Of a DNA stretch of 11,953 nucleotides, positions 7,603 through 11,953 are shown one piece after another. Position 1 is the stretch's first letter, and the number at the start of each line of letters is the position of its first letter. The translations under genes were made by a program, and so were the position numbers. Below the pieces are notes generated by a model, which was given only the letters and a program-made list of their open reading frames with translations, searched no databases and had not been told where the DNA came from. Source of the DNA: Armatimonadota bacterium (lineage in GTDB: Bacteria > Sysuimicrobiota > Sysuimicrobiia > Sysuimicrobiales > Kaftiobacteriaceae); assembly GCA_037440005.1 (NCBI GenBank), contig JBBIUY010000054.1:1-11953 (forward strand). Reading direction: 5' to 3'.

Positions 7603-8247
7603 ATGCCGCTGGAACTGCTGGACCGCCTGCCTCTGGGCGTTCCCACCCTCATCCTCCTGCTGACGGTCGCGCTGGTGGTGGCGCGCCTGCTGGTGCGCCG
7701 GGCCTACGTGATCCCCCCCGCCTGGCGCGCGTCGCTGGTGGAAACCCTGGACGCCAGCATCGTGGCCGCCGGCCTGTCGCTGGTCATCATCACCTTCGTC
7801 GTCCAGGCGTTCTTCATCCCCTCCGGCTCCATGGAGCCGACCCTGCAGGTGGGCGACCGGATCCTGGTGGCGAAGTTTGCCTACCGCCTGGGCCCCATCC
7901 GCCGCGGCGACGTCATCGTCTTTCACTACCCCCTCAATCCCGGCAAGGACTTCGTCAAGCGGGTGGTGGCTTTAGGCGGGGAGACCGTGGAGCTGCGGGA
8001 CGGCGTGGTCCTGATCGACGACACCCCCGTGCCCCAGCTGTCCGCTCCCGAGGACGAAAACCCCGGGCGGGCCTGCACCACCAACTACGGACCCCAGACG
8101 GTGCCCCGGGGCTACCTGTTCGTGCTGGGCGACAACCGGTGCAACAGCGAGGACAGCCGGTACTTCGGGTTCGTCCCCGAGCAGAACGTGGTGGGCCGCG
8201 CCCTGCTCATCTACTGGCCCCCGCAGCGGATCGGCCTGGTGCGCTAG
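7603..8247 (+). CDS. lepB: Signal peptidase I (S26)
   Basis: Two N-terminal hydrophobic segments, box B IPSGSMEPTL (catalytic Ser), box C RGDVIVF, box D FVKRVV (catalytic Lys) and box E GDNRCNSEDSRYFG. The start is not supported by a clear SD. Confidence 0.96.
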   Translation: MPLELLDRLPLGVPTLILLLTVALVVARLLVRRAYVIPPAWRASLVETLDASIVAAGLSLVIITFVVQAFFIPSGSMEPTLQVGDRILVAKFAYRLGPIRRGDVIVFHYPLNPGKDFVKRVVALGGETVELRDGVVLIDDTPVPQLSAPEDENPGRACTTNYGPQTVPRGYLFVLGDNRCNSEDSRYFGFVPEQNVVGRALLIYWPPQRIGLVR

Positions 8248-8362
8248 CCCCCGTCGCCGCCGGCGCCCCCCAGCACCCCCGGGTGTCGCGGGCGTCCGCC
8301 CCGGCTCCCGCCGCCCCGGGAAGCCCGCCGAGTTCCCGCGAATATCTGCTGGGGGAAGGTCT

Positions 8363-9154
8363 GTGGACCCGCGCGGCTACACCGTCGCCGACGTGCGCCG
8401 GCTGCTGAACGGCGCCGGACCTGTGGACCCGCGCCTGCTGCGGGCGCTGGCCCGCGACCCCCGGCGGGGCGTGCGGCGCCTGCTCCAGACGCTGAGAACC
8501 CGGCGGGAGCGGGAGGAGCGGCTGGCCGCCCGGTGGGAGGCGCTGGCGGCGGTGGAGCGCCAGTACCGGCTCCTGGGGTTTACGGTCATCGCCGGGGTGG
8601 ACGAGGCGGGGGTCGCGCCGCTGGCCGGCCCCGTGGTGGCGGCTGCGGTGGTGCTGCCCGCGGATGCCTGCTGGCCGGACCTGGACGACTCCAAGCGCCT
8701 GCCGCCCGCCCGGCGGGAGGCGCTGTACGCGCGCATCCTGGATCAGGCGGTGGCGGTGGGCACCGGCCAGGCCACGGTGGAGGAGATCGACCGGCTCAAC
8801 ATCCTGCAGGCCACCCGGCTGGCCCACCGCCGGGCGGTGGAGGGCCTGGGCGTGCGACCCCACCTGGTGCTGCTGGACGGCCGCTACCCCGCCGACTTGC
8901 CGGTCCCCCAGGCGGCCCTGGTGGACGGGGACGCCACCTGCGCCTGCATCGCCGCCGCCTCGGTGGTGGCCAAGGTGACCCGGGACCGCCTGATGCGCGA
9001 GTTGGACGCCGCATACCCCCAGTACGGGTTCGCCCGGCACAAGGGCTACCCGACCCGGGACCACCTGCGGGCCATCCGGCGGTACGGGCCCTCCCCGGCC
9101 CACCGGCGGTCGTTCTCGTCGGCGTGGGAGCGCCAGCAGACGCTGACGTGGTAG
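8363..9154 (+). CDS. rnhB: Ribonuclease HII with N-terminal helical extension
   Basis: AGVDEAG..PLAGPVVAAAV, DDSKRL, EEIDRLNILQAT, LLDG, IAAASVVAKVTRD, HKGYPT and HRRSF. Conserved location after rplS-lepB. Confidence 0.96.
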   Translation: MDPRGYTVADVRRLLNGAGPVDPRLLRALARDPRRGVRRLLQTLRTRREREERLAARWEALAAVERQYRLLGFTVIAGVDEAGVAPLAGPVVAAAVVLPADACWPDLDDSKRLPPARREALYARILDQAVAVGTGQATVEEIDRLNILQATRLAHRRAVEGLGVRPHLVLLDGRYPADLPVPQAALVDGDATCACIAAASVVAKVTRDRLMRELDAAYPQYGFARHKGYPTRDHLRAIRRYGPSPAHRRSFSSAWERQQTLTW

Positions 9155-9183
9155 ACGTCAGGGTGAGCGCGGGACCGTTGCCA

Positions 9184-9636
9184 TTAGCGGGTCACCAGGA
9201 CCCGCAGCACCCCCCCGCCCAGGGGCGAAAAGCGCATGGTGTAGCCCCCAAAGCGCAGGACCGCCTCCACCCCGCGGGTGACGGCGGCCTGGAAGCCCAG
9301 CAGCCCCTGCTGGGCGCCCACCACGGAGGCCAGCGCGTCCTGCAGGAAGAAGCTGACCTGATGGCCCCGCCGCGCGTCCCGGGGAAGGTACAGGATCTGC
9401 TGCTCGATCACGCCGGCGCGCACCACCAGGTCCACGGTCAGGGCGCCGTCGTCGGAGACGTAGCGGTACAGCACTCTGCCTGCCAGCTCCCCGGACAGCG
9501 CCATCTGGCCGGCGGGGGACAGCTGCAGTTGCTGCACCAGAGGGCTGCTGGCAAACGCCCCGACGGGATCTCCCACGCGGGCAGCAGCCGGAGCCGCGGC
9601 CAGGAGGACTGCGAGGACGGCAGGACCCACGCGCAT
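9184..9636 (-). CDS. Hypothetical secreted protein (150 aa, Sec signal peptide), family not recognised
   Basis: ATG 9636 has a strong SD GGAGGAGGT (9649-9641). MRVGPAVLAVLLAAAPAAA-RVGD resembles a signal peptide with an AxA cleavage site. The composition is protein-like and the ORF fills the gap between rnhB and DUF420 without overlap. Confidence 0.8.
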   Translation of the reverse strand: MRVGPAVLAVLLAAAPAAARVGDPVGAFASSPLVQQLQLSPAGQMALSGELAGRVLYRYVSDDGALTVDLVVRAGVIEQQILYLPRDARRGHQVSFFLQDALASVVGAQQGLLGFQAAVTRGVEAVLRFGGYTMRFSPLGGGVLRVLVTR

Positions 9637-9698
9637 CCGGACCTCCTCCCACCCTGTCTGTGCCACATGGTCCGCCCGCCCAGACGGAGGCGAGGCGG

Positions 9699-10301
9699 AT
9701 GCGGGTGGCATCTGGCCGCGACGCCGCCGCCATGACGCCGCCTCCGTCCCGCGCCAGGATCACCGCGACCGTGCTGCAGACCGCGGCCATCAGCCTCGGC
9801 GCCTATGCCCTGCTGGGCTACGTCCTCTCCCGCCAGCCCCCCGCGGATCTGGCCCCGGCCACCCGGCAGGTGCTGGCGGTTCTTCCGACCGTGATCGCGG
9901 TGGTAAATGCCGCCGCCCTGGCGTGCCTGCTGGCCGGGTGGCGGGCCGCGCGCGCCGGACGGATCCCCGCCCACCGCCGTTTCATGCTGGCGGCCGTCGC
10001 GCTGATCTGTGCCTTCCTGATCCTGTACGTCACCCGCGTCGCGCTGGGAGGCATCAAGGCATTTGCGGGGCCGCCGGAGGTCCGCCGCTACGTGTACCTG
10101 CCCGCCCTGACCGTGCACGTGACGCTGTCCATCCTGACGGTACCTCCGGTGGTGTACAACGTGCTCACGGGACTGAGCCGCCCCGCAGGCGACCTCCGCG
10201 CCGCCGGCCATCCCGCCGTGGGGCGCGTGGCGGTGGCCCTGTGGTCGGTGAGCCTGTCGCTGGGGATCCTGGTCTACCTGCTGCTCAACGTCCTGTACTG
10301 A
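9699..10301 (+). CDS. DUF420 (YozB/CtaM-like) integral membrane protein
   Basis: About 5 hydrophobic helices with the pattern LP..IA..N...LLAGW......HRRFML...FLILY...F.G...YL..L..H..LS...H...GR....W......G.LVYLLL. ATG 9699 has SD GGAGG (9686-9690); ATG 9732 is an alternative start. Confidence 0.85.
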   Translation: MRVASGRDAAAMTPPPSRARITATVLQTAAISLGAYALLGYVLSRQPPADLAPATRQVLAVLPTVIAVVNAAALACLLAGWRAARAGRIPAHRRFMLAAVALICAFLILYVTRVALGGIKAFAGPPEVRRYVYLPALTVHVTLSILTVPPVVYNVLTGLSRPAGDLRAAGHPAVGRVAVALWSVSLSLGILVYLLLNVLY

Positions 10302-10323
10302 CGGCGTCGGCGCGGCGGCCGCA

Positions 10324-10368
10324 GGGGTCTGTCCCCGGCGGGGTCTGTCCCCCGTGGGGTCTGTCCCC
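10324..10368. repeat. Three tandem copies of the 13-bp near-palindrome GGGGTCTGTCCCC, period 16 bp
   Basis: Identical copies at 10324-10336, 10340-10352 and 10356-10368, separated by 3-nt spacers GGC and CGT. Intergenic between DUF420 and yraN. Confidence 0.95.
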
Positions 10369-10448
10369 CGCAGTGACCGATCTGGCCATCACCGAATGAC
10401 CCAGTCCGGTCATGGCGGCCGGCGGGGCCGTCGGGTAGGACGCAGGGT

Positions 10449-10820
10449 GTGGACCGCCACGCGCTGGGCGCCGTGGGAGAGGAAGCCGCGCTGCGCCACC
10501 TGCGGGCCCGGGGCTACCGCATCCGCGACCGCAACGTCCGCTGCCCGATGGGCGAGCTGGACGTGGTGGCCGAGCACGGCGGGGTGCTCGTCTTTGTGGA
10601 GGTGAAGACGCGCAGCACGGCCGACTTCGGCGCGCCCGTGGACGCCATCACGCCGGCCAAGCGGCGGCGCCTGTGGCGTCTGGCCACCTACTATCTGGCC
10701 ACCCGCCGGCTGCTGGATCGGCCGTGTCGGTTCGACGCGGTCTCGGTCCTGGTGACACCCCAGGGACAGGTGGTCGGGGTGGAGGTGCTGACCGACGCCT
10801 TCGAGGGTGACCGGGACTAG
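10449..10820 (+). CDS. yraN: YraN/UPF0102 family protein (PD-(D/E)xK nuclease-like fold)
   Basis: LGAVGEEAA, RNVRCPMGELDVVA, LVFVEVKTR and CRFDAVSV. Located upstream of comM/yifB. Confidence 0.95.
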   Translation: MDRHALGAVGEEAALRHLRARGYRIRDRNVRCPMGELDVVAEHGGVLVFVEVKTRSTADFGAPVDAITPAKRRRLWRLATYYLATRRLLDRPCRFDAVSVLVTPQGQVVGVEVLTDAFEGDRD

Positions 10821-10898
10821 CCGGGCAGAATTGGCCGGTGCGGGCTACGGCGACACGCCCGGCCGGTCGGTACAATGCGCCCGGAGGCTACTGGGGCG

Positions 10899-11953
10899 AT
10901 GCTGGCGCGGGTGCGGTCGGCGGCGGTGCTGGGCCTGGACGCCTACCCCGTCGACGTGGAGGTGGACGTGGGCGGGGGCCTGCCGGCGTTCGCCATCGTG
11001 GGCCTGCCCGACACCGCCGTCCAGGAGGCCAAGGAGCGGGTGCGGGCGGCGATCCGCAACACCAACTACGAGATGCCCTCCCGCAAGATCACGGTGAACC
11101 TGGCGCCCGCCGACGTCCGCAAGGAGGGGCCGGCGTTCGACCTGGCCATGGCCGTGGGCATCCTGGCGGCCACCGAGCAGATCCGACCGGTGCCGCTGGA
11201 CGGCATGCTGCTGCTGGGCGAGCTGTCCCTGGACGGCACCCTCCGCCCGGTGGCCGGCGTCCTGTGCATCGCGCTCGCCGCGCGGGCCCTGGGCGCGCGG
11301 GCTGTGGTGGTGCCCCGGGCCAACGCCGCGGAGGCCGCCCTGGTGGACGGGCTGACGGTCTACCCGGCGGGGTCTCTGGGGGACGTGGTCGGACACCTGG
11401 AAGGCTCGGCGCCCCTGGCGGCCGTGCGCGGCGGCGTACCGGACGTCGGAGACCCGCCCGGGACTGACGAGGACTTCAGCGACGTCCGCGGCCAGGTCCA
11501 CGCCCGGCGCGCCCTGGAGATCGCCGCCGCCGGAGGCCACAACGTCCTGCTGGTGGGCCCGCCCGGTGCCGGCAAGACGATGCTGGCGCGCCGGCTGCCC
11601 ACCGTCCTGCCGCCCCTGTCGGCCGAGGAGGCGCTGGAGGTGACCCGCATCTACAGCGTCGCCGGGCTGCTGCCGCCCGGAGGCGGGCTGGTGCGCACCC
11701 GCCCGTTCCGCAGCCCCCACCACACCACCAGCGCCGCCGCGCTGACGGGCGGGGGGCCGGTGCCGCGGCCGGGGGAGGTCACCCTCGCCCACCGGGGGGT
11801 GCTGTTCTTGGACGAGCTGCCGGAGTTCCACCGGGACGCCCTGGAGGCGCTGCGCCAGCCCCTGGAGGACGGGGTGGTGACCGTGGCCCGGGTGCAGTCC
11901 ACGGTCACCTTTCCGGCCCGGCTGATGCTGGTGGCGGCCATGAACCCCTGCCC
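10899..11953 (+). CDS. comM: YifB/ComM family Mg-chelatase-like AAA+ ATPase (3' truncated by the window; missing from the ORF track because it has no stop codon here)
   Basis: Translation from ATG 10899 gives [24 protein letters not shown]...[17 protein letters not shown]...[17 protein letters not shown], Walker [46 protein letters not shown] and AAMNPCP. Confidence 0.96.
   Translation, partial: MLARVRSAAVLGLDAYPVDVEVDVGGGLPAFAIVGLPDTAVQEAKERVRAAIRNTNYEMPSRKITVNLAPADVRKEGPAFDLAMAVGILAATEQIRPVPLDGMLLLGELSLDGTLRPVAGVLCIALAARALGARAVVVPRANAAEAALVDGLTVYPAGSLGDVVGHLEGSAPLAAVRGGVPDVGDPPGTDEDFSDVRGQVHARRALEIAAAGGHNVLLVGPPGAGKTMLARRLPTVLPPLSAEEALEVTRIYSVAGLLPPGGGLVRTRPFRSPHHTTSAAALTGGGPVPRPGEVTLAHRGVLFLDELPEFHRDALEALRQPLEDGVVTVARVQSTVTFPARLMLVAAMNPC

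Noticed and set aside
8361..8434. 14-bp direct repeat CTGTGGACCCGCGC at 8361-8374 and 8421-8434
   Set aside because: It is in frame within the rnhB N-terminal extension (DPR repeated), has only two copies and flanks no mobile element. It mainly makes GTG 8423 an alternative, less likely start.
9158..10211. Alternative - strand ORFs 9158-9790 and 9438-10211
   Set aside because: They overlap DUF420 and the better-supported 9184-9636 frame, which has an SD and signal peptide, and their composition is not protein-like.
10324..10369. Repeat array as a mini-CRISPR or G-quadruplex
   Set aside because: Repeats of 13 bp with 3-nt spacers and no cas genes do not fit CRISPR. There are only three G4-tracts per strand, and they compete with adjacent C-tracts.
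10449..11953. yraN nuclease-like gene plus AAA+ ATPase as a novel defence system
   Set aside because: yraN-yifB/comM is a widespread conserved chromosomal pair downstream of rnhB, and nothing here suggests a defence island.

Overview
Very GC-rich bacterial chromosomal core region, almost entirely on the + strand. It holds the conserved housekeeping cluster smc (3' part) - ftsY - ylxM - RsmC/YbxB-like methyltransferase - ffh - rpsP - khpA - ylqD - rimM - trmD - rplS - lepB - rnhB - [secreted hypothetical on the - strand] - DUF420 membrane protein - yraN - comM/yifB (5' part). The gene order is Terrabacteria/Firmicutes-like (ylxM and ylqD present, ylqF/rbgA absent). The very Met-poor Ffh M-domain hints at a thermophile, which is inference only. 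I see no RNA genes, transposase or CRISPR array, and no clearly new multi-gene system. The points worth a second look are: (i) a palindrome of two -35-like half-sites just downstream of the ylxM promoter (candidate operator); (ii) substitutions in normally conserved motifs of RNase HII (GRG to GVA) and FtsY (TKLDGxAKGG to AKVDVSPRAG); (iii) a methyltransferase inserted between ylxM and ffh; (iv) an internal rplS promoter combined with an anti-SD element; (v) a two-gene insert between rnhB and yraN containing an antisense secreted orphan and followed by a 3x GGGGTCTGTCCCC repeat. All calls rest on motif recognition by eye, with no database search.
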